This document shows, one piece after another, positions 1-8,999 of a DNA stretch of 64,000 nt. The position numbers and the translations under genes were made by a program. Below the pieces are notes generated by a model. The model did not search any database. It was given only the letters and a program-made list of their open reading frames with translations, and was not told where the DNA came from. How positions within the stretch are numbered: position 1 is the first letter of the stretch; each line of letters begins with the position of its first letter. The DNA comes from a virus. The stretch spans positions 64,001-128,000 of the IMG/VR virus record IMGVR_UViG_3300037840_000188; one strand, written 5' to 3'.

Positions 1-126
1 TGCCGGATTTACCTGCACGTCGGCGCGGGATTCTATCGGCAGGACGACTTGTGGGACGCAGGCTGGACCGGTCCCGTCACATTCACCAGGGGCGTGAACG
101 AGGCACTGTGTCACTTTGCCATCTCC

Positions 127-426
127 TCACACAGCCGCCGTACCTCTTCCAGATCCGCCTGGCGGAAGATTCGAAAGATCGGTCACGTGAATCGCCTGGG
201 GCGAATTTCTTACGCGGATGATCCACGGATGAAATCCCTCACGCCGCAGTGAGTCTCCCAGGATATTAAGAACGCGACGACTGATTCGGTTGGCGTCAGC
301 TTCGATCATGATGTACTTATTCTGCTCGCCGGTGCTTCTGACTGCGTCTCCTGGCTTCGGCGCTACTAGCACCGGCGTCGTCGCTGCGCCGAAGATCGTT
401 GAGAGGATGGTGCGGCGGGAGAGCAT
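127..426 (-). CDS. hypothetical protein with Tat-like N-terminal motif
   Basis: ORF track; MLSRRTILSTIFG; abuts upstream gene. Confidence 0.55.
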   Translation of the reverse strand: MLSRRTILSTIFGAATTPVLVAPKPGDAVRSTGEQNKYIMIEADANRISRRVLNILGDSLRREGFHPWIIRVRNSPQAIHVTDLSNLPPGGSGRGTAAV

Positions 427-753
427 TTATTTCTCCTCCCTTAACTCTTTAACTATGGTCACCTTAATCTTCCCATATCGCTCCAGTAATTCACAGAAGT
501 CGCCCGTATACCGAAGCCCCGCCATAGTCAGAGCGCCACGAAAGAACTCACCGTGCTCTTTGAATGTGAAGATCTTCTCAAAGGCGAAAGCCGCAGACTC
601 GCCTTCGTATGCGGGATCTTTTTTTTCGGTGGAGAAGCCCCTGATAATCGCCCGCTGAAGCTCAGCCCCGTTAGTTCGGCAATCGTGAGATATTGTCCAC
701 GCTGGAATGACGGGCTCAGCTGTCATATCGAGCATCCAACGCATATAGCTCAC
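427..753 (-). CDS. hypothetical protein
   Basis: ORF track; GTG start overlaps the stop of the RHH gene, RBS GGAGG. Confidence 0.6.
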   Translation of the reverse strand: MSYMRWMLDMTAEPVIPAWTISHDCRTNGAELQRAIIRGFSTEKKDPAYEGESAAFAFEKIFTFKEHGEFFRGALTMAGLRYTGDFCELLERYGKIKVTIVKELREEK

Positions 754-902
754 TTCGCCTCCCTGTAATATTTATCCGCGTACTTCCTGATCGCCTCCAT
801 CGCGATCCGGCTAACGGAGTCGCCGTTCTTTTTTGCAGCGCGCTTGGCGACTCGCAGGACTTTCTGGTCAGCAGGTGATGTGTAGATTGTCAGGTTTGCC
901 AT
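750..902 (-). CDS. small ribbon-helix-helix DNA-binding protein (not in ORF track)
   Basis: Manual translation MANLTIYTSPADQKVLRVAKRAAKKNGDSVSRIAMEAIRKY; beta-alpha-alpha pattern. Confidence 0.6.
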   Translation of the reverse strand: MANLTIYTSPADQKVLRVAKRAAKKNGDSVSRIAMEAIRKYADKYYREAK

Positions 903-911
903 ACGTGTGAG

Positions 912-939
912 TGTATCACAGCTTTAAGTCTGATACAAT
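912..939. promoter_or_regulatory. inverted repeat TGTATCA-N12-TGATACA over divergent promoters (putative operator)
   Basis: Seen directly; overlaps TACAAT -10 box. Confidence 0.45.
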
Positions 940-1003
940 AGAAAAAGCCGCCAGCATTCGCGTGCCGACGGCCTGACATCGTGCCCTGAAAGGAGGGGCG
1001 CTA

Positions 1004-2293
1004 ATGCCTCAAGAAGAGTCTACCGCATCTGCATCACGAACGATCAAGTTTAATTCGACGGCGTTTGAGCGCTTCTGGTCCAAGGTCGATAAGAATGGGC
1101 CGGTGCCGGAACATCGACCGGATCTGGGGCAGTGTTGGGTTTGGACGGGGCAGATCAGTAGCGTTGGTTATGGCGTGCTCCAGCCTGCAAGTTATGTCCC
1201 TGAAGAAAAAGCGCATCGCGTATCGTGGATATTTGCGTATGGTGAAATACCGGATGGACTCCAAGTGCTGCATCGTTGTGATCGACGATCTTGCGTCAAC
1301 CCGGCTCATTTGAGATTGGGCACGCGAGACGACAACAGCAGAGATATGGCCACGAAGCTCAGAGCATCCAAAACGAAACTTGACATTGAGGCGATTAGAG
1401 ATATTCGCTCTCAATACGCTCACCGATATTACGGGACCGTACTTGAACTGTCAGAGAAATACGGAATCAACAGAAGCGAAGTCAGAAGAGTGGCAAAGGG
1501 GTTAATCTTTCGGGATGTAGATGCCGAGCGTGATCCAGATTCAGAATTTATTGCCGGAAGCGGCCTTGAGCGTCCACCAGCGATGGATGGATCGCAAATC
1601 AATTTCGTGCCGATAATCGTTAAGCCGCTGATGGACATCTCTGGACACACCTACGGGCAACTGACTGTTAAATACCTTATTGAAGCACTACCAAATGGTG
1701 ACGCTCGCTGGCTATGTGCCTGCTCTTGTGGTACCGAAAAGTCAATCAGGATGCAGAACCTGCGCAAAACTGGAGGGACGCGCAGTTGTGGGTGCTTATC
1801 CGATAAGGCTCGAAGGAATAATAAGCCACCGCTCGAAAAACGCTTCTGGGATCTCGTTGATAAGCGAGGTCCAGATGAGTGCTGGCCATGGAAGGGATCG
1901 CTCCGGGAAGGCTACGGACGAATTAAGCGCAAGGGCGTTCCGATGGGGGCGCATCGCGCCTCGTGGGAGATCGCTCACCCCGATGAACCACGCCTCGGGC
2001 CTAACGACTTTGTGTGTCATACCTGCAACGCGCCAACTTGCGTCAATCCTGCCCACCTCCTGCGCGGCAATGTGACTCTCAACAACTTCGATAGAGACAT
2101 CAAGGCTGCAAATAAAGATTGGACGTTCGATAAAACGGCAAATCTAATTTTAGAAATAAAAGGACTGCGCGCGAACGGCCTTAGATACTCCGAAATATCA
2201 GAAATAACCGGCGTGCATGAGATTTATATCAAGGAGGTGTTGACCAAGAAGCACGATCAAGAGTTCTCCAGAATACTTAAAGTTGAGCTTTAA
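1004..2293 (+). CDS. HNH endonuclease with two HNH_3-type domains
   Basis: Two RFW..VDK..CW.W.G...GYG...AHR.SW...H.C....CVNPAHL modules; RBS AGGAGG. Confidence 0.9.
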   Translation: MPQEESTASASRTIKFNSTAFERFWSKVDKNGPVPEHRPDLGQCWVWTGQISSVGYGVLQPASYVPEEKAHRVSWIFAYGEIPDGLQVLHRCDRRSCVNPAHLRLGTRDDNSRDMATKLRASKTKLDIEAIRDIRSQYAHRYYGTVLELSEKYGINRSEVRRVAKGLIFRDVDAERDPDSEFIAGSGLERPPAMDGSQINFVPIIVKPLMDISGHTYGQLTVKYLIEALPNGDARWLCACSCGTEKSIRMQNLRKTGGTRSCGCLSDKARRNNKPPLEKRFWDLVDKRGPDECWPWKGSLREGYGRIKRKGVPMGAHRASWEIAHPDEPRLGPNDFVCHTCNAPTCVNPAHLLRGNVTLNNFDRDIKAANKDWTFDKTANLILEIKGLRANGLRYSEISEITGVHEIYIKEVLTKKHDQEFSRILKVEL

Positions 2294-2308
2294 GTATTTC
2301 TTGTAAGT

Positions 2309-3574
2309 CTATACAAGGTAAGGTGCGTGGCTCGCACGCCACTTGCCGGTGTCCCATGGCGCTAAAATTTGTTCGAGTTGTTCGTAAGAAATATTCGTGA
2401 GGCCGACTTCCTCATCATTTCTCTCCATATCATTCAATAATCCCTCTGCCTTGATTTGGTGTTGCGTCGCGAGATTCAAATTAAAGTAGGGGTTGGGGTG
2501 ATCAATATCCGCGCCAGGATAACGAGCGCATTTCTCCAGTGCCATCTCCAGAAGTACTTCTCCACGGTTGGCGACGAATGGCGGTAATTGCGGTTGCTGA
2601 ACGGTGAGATCGCTTTCTTTCGCGATATAAATGTAAGGCAGGAGCGCGCTCTGAAACGAAGTCTGAAATGACGGCGCAGGCCAAATCTCGTATCGCGGTA
2701 CGCCGCTTGTGATTTGTGACTGTGCATTAATGACGAAAAGATCTCCCGAGATGTACGAGCCGCTCGTTGGAAAATAAATCTGAACACCATCCTGAAGATC
2801 TACCGGACTTCCGTCGGAAGGGGTCACGATAGGGCCAGTAAATGAAGTCTGTCCGGAGCGCATCCACTGAAATGCAGCGGTGCCAGGCGCGCCGGTCGTA
2901 GTGATCTGCACGATGTAAGTGGCGCTTGAAACATAAGAGTAGCCAAAGGTGGTTGTCGAGACTGGCGCGCTGCCCGTCGCCGCGACCGGAATCACTGGTC
3001 CAATCGTCCCGCCAAAGTTCGCTGTGTAATCCCTGAATGCAACCCCAATCGGGACTCCCTGGTTCGTACGCTGGGGGTCATACACCGCCAGTTCATTCTC
3101 GGTTATATTTATCCATAGGCGATAAGCTCCGCTTAGTGAAATAACTACGTACCAATAACCGAAATCCGCCGGGACCGGATAGTAACATTGCAAAATTTGG
3201 TACGGCACGTTGGTGATATCAGGCCCAGACCATGGTTGGTCGATTAAGATCGAAGTCGGTGATAGGTAGTTCTGGATCGTGTAATATGGATAGAGCAATC
3301 CAAATGCGCGAATCTGCTGTCCGACCATTTGCGGAGTCCAAGTGGTCCCAATACCGGTCAGGAGGTTCGGATTGCCAGTGCTGACATTTGTGGATATCGT
3401 GCCGGTATTGTAAATCGGAGGCGGGGCGAAAGTTCCGGACCTGCGGCGAAAAGACCATTCTCTCCGGCTTTGAAATGTGTGCCACGAATCCTGGATAAGC
3501 TGGGACGAAAGCTGCACCCCGACCGCTGGGCAACGATTTAAGAGGCGCTGGGTTAGTGTGTTATAGTCATCCAT
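2309..3574 (-). CDS. virion structural protein (head-tail adaptor/tubular-like)
   Basis: 421 aa, last gene of head operon, adaptor-like N-terminus with W.F motif and beta-rich insert. Confidence 0.55.
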   Translation of the reverse strand: MDDYNTLTQRLLNRCPAVGVQLSSQLIQDSWHTFQSRREWSFRRRSGTFAPPPIYNTGTISTNVSTGNPNLLTGIGTTWTPQMVGQQIRAFGLLYPYYTIQNYLSPTSILIDQPWSGPDITNVPYQILQCYYPVPADFGYWYVVISLSGAYRLWINITENELAVYDPQRTNQGVPIGVAFRDYTANFGGTIGPVIPVAATGSAPVSTTTFGYSYVSSATYIVQITTTGAPGTAAFQWMRSGQTSFTGPIVTPSDGSPVDLQDGVQIYFPTSGSYISGDLFVINAQSQITSGVPRYEIWPAPSFQTSFQSALLPYIYIAKESDLTVQQPQLPPFVANRGEVLLEMALEKCARYPGADIDHPNPYFNLNLATQHQIKAEGLLNDMERNDEEVGLTNISYEQLEQILAPWDTGKWRASHAPYLV

Positions 3575-3585
3575 TCAAAGCGACC

Positions 3586-3620
3586 CAAAACAAAGAACGC
3601 CGCCCCCAAGGAGCGGCGTC
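3586..3620 (-). terminator. Rho-independent terminator/attenuator
   Basis: GACGCCGCTCC-TTG-GGGGCGGCGTT followed by CTTTGTTTT on minus strand. Confidence 0.6.
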
Positions 3621-3642
3621 ATAAAATCGAGCACCAGTTACG

Positions 3643-3894
3643 CTACCCATAAAGAAACGGAGCTTCCCGCGACTTCTCGACCACTGGAGCCTCCCGCGAT
3701 TCAGGATTAATCCTCATCCCGGCACTCTCGGCAAAAATCAAAATCGCCTTCGCGCCTTCGATGTACCCGGCCTGCACCCGGCTATCGAGCCGATCCCATT
3801 CCGGAATCGCCTTCTCGGTCACTGGCGAGGTTGAGCCTACCGCCGAGCGGTATGCGGCGAAGAAAGCCTGGGCAGCCCAGAGATTAACGTCCAC
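3643..3894 (-). CDS. hypothetical phage protein
   Basis: ORF track; IPEWDRL motif; in operon. Confidence 0.6.
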   Translation of the reverse strand: MDVNLWAAQAFFAAYRSAVGSTSPVTEKAIPEWDRLDSRVQAGYIEGAKAILIFAESAGMRINPESREAPVVEKSREAPFLYG

Positions 3895-3897
3895 AAG

Positions 3898-4119
3898 CTA
3901 GTACTTCTTCGACATGCCCCTGGACTTCTCGTGTTCCTTGTGCTCTTTCTTCTTCATGCCGATGGACTCGTGCTTGCGCCCTTCCTTCTTGTGCGCCATT
4001 TCCTTCTTCATGCCCATCGATTCGTGCTCTTCGGCTTTCTTCATCGGAGATCTCCTTTTGGATTGCCCGCTGATGTAGCGGCGGGTTGTGGTTTCGATTT
4101 GTGAGAGTTCGTCGGGGAT
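3898..4119 (-). CDS. small Lys/His/Glu-rich protein (ATG at 4044) with in-frame upstream extension resembling the MCP N-terminus
   Basis: MKKAEEHESMGMKKEMAHKK...; RBS AGGAG before 4044; upstream PDELSQIETTTRRYI. Confidence 0.7.
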   Translation of the reverse strand: MPDELSQIETTTRRYISGQSKRRSPMKKAEEHESMGMKKEMAHKKEGRKHESIGMKKKEHKEHEKSRGMSKKY

Positions 4120-4127
4120 ATGCGTGC

Positions 4128-4403
4128 CTATTTGACGCTGCTGTGGCCCTGTGCAGCCTTATTCCCGATAGGTTTGAAACAATCCTCCATGGAAGTCATC
4201 AAGTGCTCTGCCGCGTCTTCCTTGGTGGCGTGGACGGCAGTGTGGGACTCCGAGGGTCCATACTCATCGCCCTCGGCACGATGACGGCTCCGTGAGATCA
4301 CACCGCCCTCAGCAGGTTCGAAGCTTATCTCGACGAGCTTCTTCTTGCCTGTCTTCGGCTTGTGTGCCTGTTCACGGAGAGCGATAGCTGAGGTCTTGGC
4401 CAT
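4128..4403 (-). CDS. hypothetical head-operon protein
   Basis: ORF track, operon context. Confidence 0.7.
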   Translation of the reverse strand: MAKTSAIALREQAHKPKTGKKKLVEISFEPAEGGVISRSRHRAEGDEYGPSESHTAVHATKEDAAEHLMTSMEDCFKPIGNKAAQGHSSVK

Positions 4404-4412
4404 TATCTGTGC

Positions 4413-4682
4413 CTAGCCCTCGTGTGCCCAGACCATGATCACTTCGTTGACCATTGGAGCGGACGAGGTGAAGGTAATCACGCCGGTAACCGCATTGACG
4501 GTCATGCCAGTGATGAGCGAAGCGGTCCCAGCCTGGCAAAAGGACTGTACGTCCGCCCAGAGGATGCCGATCATATTCGTGTTCAGCGTCGAGCCGGTGG
4601 GTCCATTAACCACAAAGATACGGCTGATGTAGTTGCCTTGCAGGCGCTGGTTCGTGGGTGTACCGAAGGTTACCTGAGCCAT
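4413..4682 (-). CDS. putative small virion protein
   Basis: RBS AAGGAG, beta-rich, follows cement gene. Confidence 0.7.
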   Translation of the reverse strand: MAQVTFGTPTNQRLQGNYISRIFVVNGPTGSTLNTNMIGILWADVQSFCQAGTASLITGMTVNAVTGVITFTSSAPMVNEVIMVWAHEG

Positions 4683-4707
4683 GAATTCTCCTTAAGTCCT
4701 GCGCCGG

Positions 4708-5301
4708 TTAGTCAACGAAGCCGATGTTGACGTCGACCGGGGTGGTGTTTCCAGCGCTCAGTACGGAAGATGCGCAGATACCGATCACCTGGCTCACCGG
4801 AGCGGTCGTAACTGTCGCCTGGCTGATACCGCGCGCCACGCTTGCCGTGGTGTCCGCAATGAAGGCGGTTCCCTGGAGAATGGTTCCAGTGGCGGCAACA
4901 GGATACGCGCGCTTCTGGATGACAAGATCCGTGTAATACGTCACCGGGTTACCTGTCGCGTCATTCACGCCAGGAGCGGTGGATACCGCGAGTTGGAAAA
5001 TACCGGCCACACGATTGATCGCGCCAGACGGGCCGACATCGCATTGGTTCTTGTCGTTGGTGACAAGGGCATTAGCCTGATCCTTCCAGAATGCGAGCTG
5101 GCCAGCAGCTACCGCACCGACCGCAGTCGCCGACGTAGCGCCAGAATCGAGACGGACGCGGAGGTAAGAGCCGCCCGTCGTCTGGTCGTTGAAGGCGCAG
5201 CCGATTTCGCCATTCGCGTATGCCGGAGTCGGAGCATTGGTCTTATCCGGGGTGCCCTGTGGCATATATGGGTTCGGAATCCGTGGATATACTTGAGCCA
5301 T
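4708..5301 (-). CDS. putative capsid cement/decoration protein
   Basis: Directly downstream of MCP, A/G/T/V rich, RBS AAGGAG. Confidence 0.65.
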   Translation of the reverse strand: MAQVYPRIPNPYMPQGTPDKTNAPTPAYANGEIGCAFNDQTTGGSYLRVRLDSGATSATAVGAVAAGQLAFWKDQANALVTNDKNQCDVGPSGAINRVAGIFQLAVSTAPGVNDATGNPVTYYTDLVIQKRAYPVAATGTILQGTAFIADTTASVARGISQATVTTAPVSQVIGICASSVLSAGNTTPVDVNIGFVD

Positions 5302-5347
5302 AAAGACTTAACTCTCCTTGTCGTTCTGAAATTCTGGTACTAAAGTA

Positions 5348-6454
5348 CTACGCCACAAATCCGAACCCGGACGCATGATATCCCGGTAAGACCGATAAAT
5401 TGTGCGCTAGCAACACTTTACCGACTATTTTGGTGTTTCCAGCGCTGGGGATAAACCCATCATCATCCAGCGTCCCGTTGAACGGCGCATTCTTCGAAAT
5501 GCGGTACTTGATGTTCGGCTTGCGGGCGTTCAGGAACCAGATCGATTCGCCGCCCTGAAGGTTGCCGGACGGATACGCGGTCACCGCGCCGCCAGTGGTG
5601 TAAGACAGGTACCTGGTCGCCACGCGGTCGTTGGTGCCGCCGCTGGCTGTCAGGTAGGAGCCGGGAGCGTAACGAGAAGCCAGGATCACCGCACCGTTGT
5701 ATTCGAGGCCACGGAAACCGCCCTTGGCGATAGTGACGTTCTGGAAGCGCTGCTGAGTCTGATAGTTCGAACGAATGTAGCCCTGACCCTTGGCAGTTGT
5801 CAGGATGATGTTGGGCTCGTACTCGCCAGAACCATAGTTGACCGACTGGTACATGTTCTCCATCACCGGGAGGGTGATGTTCGCACCGGCGAAGTTGACG
5901 GGCGCGGGAGCCAGCATACGGCCACCATACAGCGAGCGAGTCAGGGTGCCATAGATCGGATAGGCCGAACCGTCCCAGCCGGGCGTCACGCCGTCAGAGA
6001 GGGCTTCATCGAGGCCGTTGATGACCTTGACATACGCGCCAGTCTGGCCCTGGAGATAGAGCTGGAGTGCGGTCTGCGCGCCGAGTTGCATGTAGGCGGA
6101 GTCCACGCGCTCTTCGACGAGCTTGATTACCGCGAGCGGCCCGTTGTTCAGCACCTTGATGTCTTCCTTGTAGAAGGGGATCATCACGGTCTGGTACTTC
6201 GGATCGAAGCGCAACTGCTGCTCGATCTGGCGCTGGTCGGCAGGCAGATCCTGACCCTTCGAGTACGAACCGCCATCCTGGACGTCATACTCGATGTTGT
6301 CGTTCCACGAAGAGCCGCCCTCGACCTCATCGAGACAGTTCTCGTCGAGGAAGGACATGAGCGGATCTTTATTGAATACGAGATCACGGAGCTTTGGCTG
6401 TTCGTCGATGTAGCGGCGAGTCGTGACTTCGATTTGCGAAAGAGTGTCAGGCGT
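5348..6454 (-). CDS. major capsid protein (probable ACG start at 6454; first ATG at 6358)
   Basis: Follows scaffold; ~368 aa; open frame extends 32 codons upstream of the ATG as (M)PDTLSQIEVTTRRYIDEQPKLRDLVFNKDPL. Confidence 0.8.
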   Translation of the reverse strand, partial: TPDTLSQIEVTTRRYIDEQPKLRDLVFNKDPLMSFLDENCLDEVEGGSSWNDNIEYDVQDGGSYSKGQDLPADQRQIEQQLRFDPKYQTVMIPFYKEDIKVLNNGPLAVIKLVEERVDSAYMQLGAQTALQLYLQGQTGAYVKVINGLDEALSDGVTPGWDGSAYPIYGTLTRSLYGGRMLAPAPVNFAGANITLPVMENMYQSVNYGSGEYEPNIILTTAKGQGYIRSNYQTQQRFQNVTIAKGGFRGLEYNGAVILASRYAPGSYLTASGGTNDRVATRYLSYTTGGAVTAYPSGNLQGGESIWFLNARKPNIKYRISKNAPFNGTLDDDGFIPSAGNTKIVGKVLLAHNLSVLPGYHASGFGFVA

Positions 6455-6486
6455 ATAGGTACCCTACCTTTGCTAGCTTAAATTCG

Positions 6487-7419
6487 TTACTGAACCGACT
6501 GAAACGCATCCAACAGCTTCGACCGGTCGTAAACTTTCTTGTCGCCACCGATTCCATCGCGTGACAGCGGCGATGGTGTACCGGCTCCAGTCGACGACGA
6601 CGCGCCCTCGGCACCTGCCGGGAAATTCGACTGCAACATCCGCTTCTTCATCCGCTCATTAACCTGGTCTTCGATGCGCTTTTCATCGGCGGCCAGCCGT
6701 GCGGCTTCAGCAGTCTTCTGGTCTTCGAGCACATTTGGCGCATCCCACTCTTCGTAGGCCTTGACCACGTCGCCCGCGATCTCTGGCTTTGCGGCCAGTT
6801 CGTCGAGCTTCTTCCAGTCGATGGGAGTCTTTTTGCCACGCGCGATATTGCGCATGATGTTCATCTCGACCGCAGTTCCGACTCCAATAAGAGTGCCCGT
6901 CACCTTCGGCGCGTAGACATTCTTATATGCCTCTTCGACACTCTCCTTCGCAGCGCCAGTACTGATTTCTTTGGCGATTGCCTGGACTTCTTCCTTGGTC
7001 AGGCCGGGGATCGAACTCGGGAGAGCAGGCGGGGTGGTGGTTGCGCCAATCTTCCCGTACTTGGCCTCATACTCCTTGACAGAAGCTTCAAGCGCCTTAC
7101 TGGAATCTTCGAGTTCTTTCAACTTGTTTGCGTTCCCGGTGATCGTCGCGTAGTTCTCGGCGTACCATTGCTGGTACTTGCGGCTGCCGGGCTTCGCATC
7201 GGTACCGATCAGTTCGGCTTCGAGTGTGGCCTTCGCGGCTTCGATCTGCTGCTTCTCGGCGAGCAGAGCATTAGCACGCTGCTCGATAGCCTGATACTCG
7301 GTGGCTTGGCGAAGTTGAGTTACCTTAGCCATCGTACTTGCGTTGCCAGTGAGCTTGGCGACCTCTTCGGTCGTCAACCCGCCTTCAATCAAAAGAGCCT
7401 GGAATTCTTGTGCGGTCAT
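6487..7419 (-). CDS. putative scaffolding protein
   Basis: Coiled-coil, charged, low-complexity C-terminus, immediately upstream of MCP. Confidence 0.7.
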   Translation of the reverse strand: MTAQEFQALLIEGGLTTEEVAKLTGNASTMAKVTQLRQATEYQAIEQRANALLAEKQQIEAAKATLEAELIGTDAKPGSRKYQQWYAENYATITGNANKLKELEDSSKALEASVKEYEAKYGKIGATTTPPALPSSIPGLTKEEVQAIAKEISTGAAKESVEEAYKNVYAPKVTGTLIGVGTAVEMNIMRNIARGKKTPIDWKKLDELAAKPEIAGDVVKAYEEWDAPNVLEDQKTAEAARLAADEKRIEDQVNERMKKRMLQSNFPAGAEGASSSTGAGTPSPLSRDGIGGDKKVYDRSKLLDAFQSVQ

Positions 7420-7426
7420 ACGTTAG

Positions 7427-7801
7427 TTACTGTCCTTGTGGCGGCGCGCCCTGAGGTGGCCCACCTGGCGGCGGAGTCAGTGGTGCCTGGCCGCCCTGCT
7501 GCGGTTGATTTCCTTGTCCGCCCATCGCCTGCTGTACGGCCATGGGTACGAGCTGCTGAGCGAGCGCGATGATCTGCGCACAAATCTGTTCCGAGCCAGG
7601 CACTGCCCCCGAGGTCACGACCTGTTTGCAGGCCTGCTGGATTGAAGTAACTGCATCCTGGACCGGCTGCGTACCCTGAAGGATCGCTTTTAAAAATCCG
7701 CCCTGCTTCGCTGGCGCTGCTGCGGGCTGCGCGGGAAGATCCGGCAACGGAGGCAGCGGTGCGGTACCGGCGCTGGTCGCGGGCGTTGGAGAAGGCGACA
7801 C
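7427..7801 (-). CDS. Pro/Gln-rich hypothetical protein
   Basis: ORF track, between portal region and scaffold. Confidence 0.65.
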   Translation of the reverse strand: MSPSPTPATSAGTAPLPPLPDLPAQPAAAPAKQGGFLKAILQGTQPVQDAVTSIQQACKQVVTSGAVPGSEQICAQIIALAQQLVPMAVQQAMGGQGNQPQQGGQAPLTPPPGGPPQGAPPQGQ

Positions 7802-7969
7802 TCAACGTATCCCCGCCTTATTTGCATCGCATGCGGGCGACGCGATTTCCTTGCCCATTGATTTTTGGCGACCGACCTTCGCGGAGAACCCGGTTTCCTT
7901 CTTCGTGAGTCCGACACCCCGGCTGGAGCCGCGCTTCTTACTGCCCATTGATTCGTGTTCGCGCTTCAT
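7802..7969 (-). CDS. small basic protein (not in ORF track)
   Basis: MKREHESMGSKKRGSSRGVG...; shares HESMG motif with the 3898 protein; ATGA overlap. Confidence 0.55.
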   Translation of the reverse strand: MKREHESMGSKKRGSSRGVGLTKKETGFSAKVGRQKSMGKEIASPACDANKAGIR

Positions 7970-8166
7970 TTGGCTATAGCCCCTTTACCCCTGAGCTTCG
8001 ACAATGTCTCCGCAAGGCGGGACTGTTTGCCGAGTTTTCCCGGCGATCCGGCGTTCTTCGCGGCAAATGACTGTGTGCCCATCCCGGCCTTCTTGGCTTT
8101 GGCTCCGAAAGCGCCCTTGTTGAGATTGGCGTGTTCTATCCAATCAGGGTCTGGGTTTGTGGGCAT
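7966..8166 (-). CDS. small basic phage protein
   Basis: WI..A..KGAF.AKAKKAG...GKLGKQSRLAETL.KL. Confidence 0.7.
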   Translation of the reverse strand: MPTNPDPDWIEHANLNKGAFGAKAKKAGMGTQSFAAKNAGSPGKLGKQSRLAETLSKLRGKGAIAK

Positions 8167-8266
8167 CTAAGTGTGATGATGGACCTCGGAAAAGCGGGAA
8201 GTAAAGCGATCAAAGGGGTTACATCAAAGAAAGAACGACTGTGATAAACTGGGCGCAATCAGGACA

Positions 8267-8437
8267 ATGCTCATTACCGAGAGAGAGGTTGCCTCTATCA
8301 TGAATGTCTCCGTCAGCGTGGTCCGCAAATGGAGATGGAAGAATCACCCGCCAAGTTTTTTTAAAATAGGAAAATCTATTCGCTACGAAGAGAAAGACAT
8401 CTACGCTCTTAAGCAGAAAATGCGGGTAGAGCGATGA
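8267..8437 (+). CDS. AlpA/excisionase-like HTH protein (not in ORF track)
   Basis: MLITEREVASIMNVSVSVVRKWR...P.FFKIGKSIRY. Confidence 0.75.
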   Translation: MLITEREVASIMNVSVSVVRKWRWKNHPPSFFKIGKSIRYEEKDIYALKQKMRVER

Positions 8438-8804
8438 TCGACCTGCGCATCGAGAGCCGCTTTAAGAATGCTGCGCTATATAACGCGATGATCGCGTATT
8501 GCCTCCCTGAGGAACGAGGACCCGGAAGATCTTTTCCCTCGCCACATCTATCAACTTTCGCTCCCCAAAATCGCCGTCACGGAACCGGCAGTACAGGAGA
8601 AGCCGGGGCCGCTGTCTGCGCTGCGCCGTAGCTGGGCACCGCTCGATCCGGATAAGTTCTGGATCGGGTTGCAGAAGGATCTGTTTGATAGAGGCATCGC
8701 CTTTGAATGACAATTTTCCAGAGCGGATGTGTTATTACGGGAGATCCGTGATTGCCTTGTCTTTGGGGTCATGAATCACCACTCTGGAATTCAAGGAGCA
8801 TAAA

Positions 8805-8999
8805 ATGAAACAGGTTTTCCTTTCTCGCGGCAGCACGCATCAAGTAGTCTGCGTCCCCGCTCAATTCGCAATACGCGGCGCGTATCTTCGCATCCTCGAC
8901 GAGGATGGCTGGCGCGTGGACGAGGTGTATTCAGTCGGCGCGTCGCTCGCGACAAGCGATAGAAGAAATCTGAGGGGATTGTTCGGATCACTGGCATGA
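8805..8999 (+). CDS. hypothetical protein
   Basis: RBS AAGGAG; ATGA coupling to next gene. Confidence 0.6.
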   Translation: MKQVFLSRGSTHQVVCVPAQFAIRGAYLRILDEDGWRVDEVYSVGASLATSDRRNLRGLFGSLA

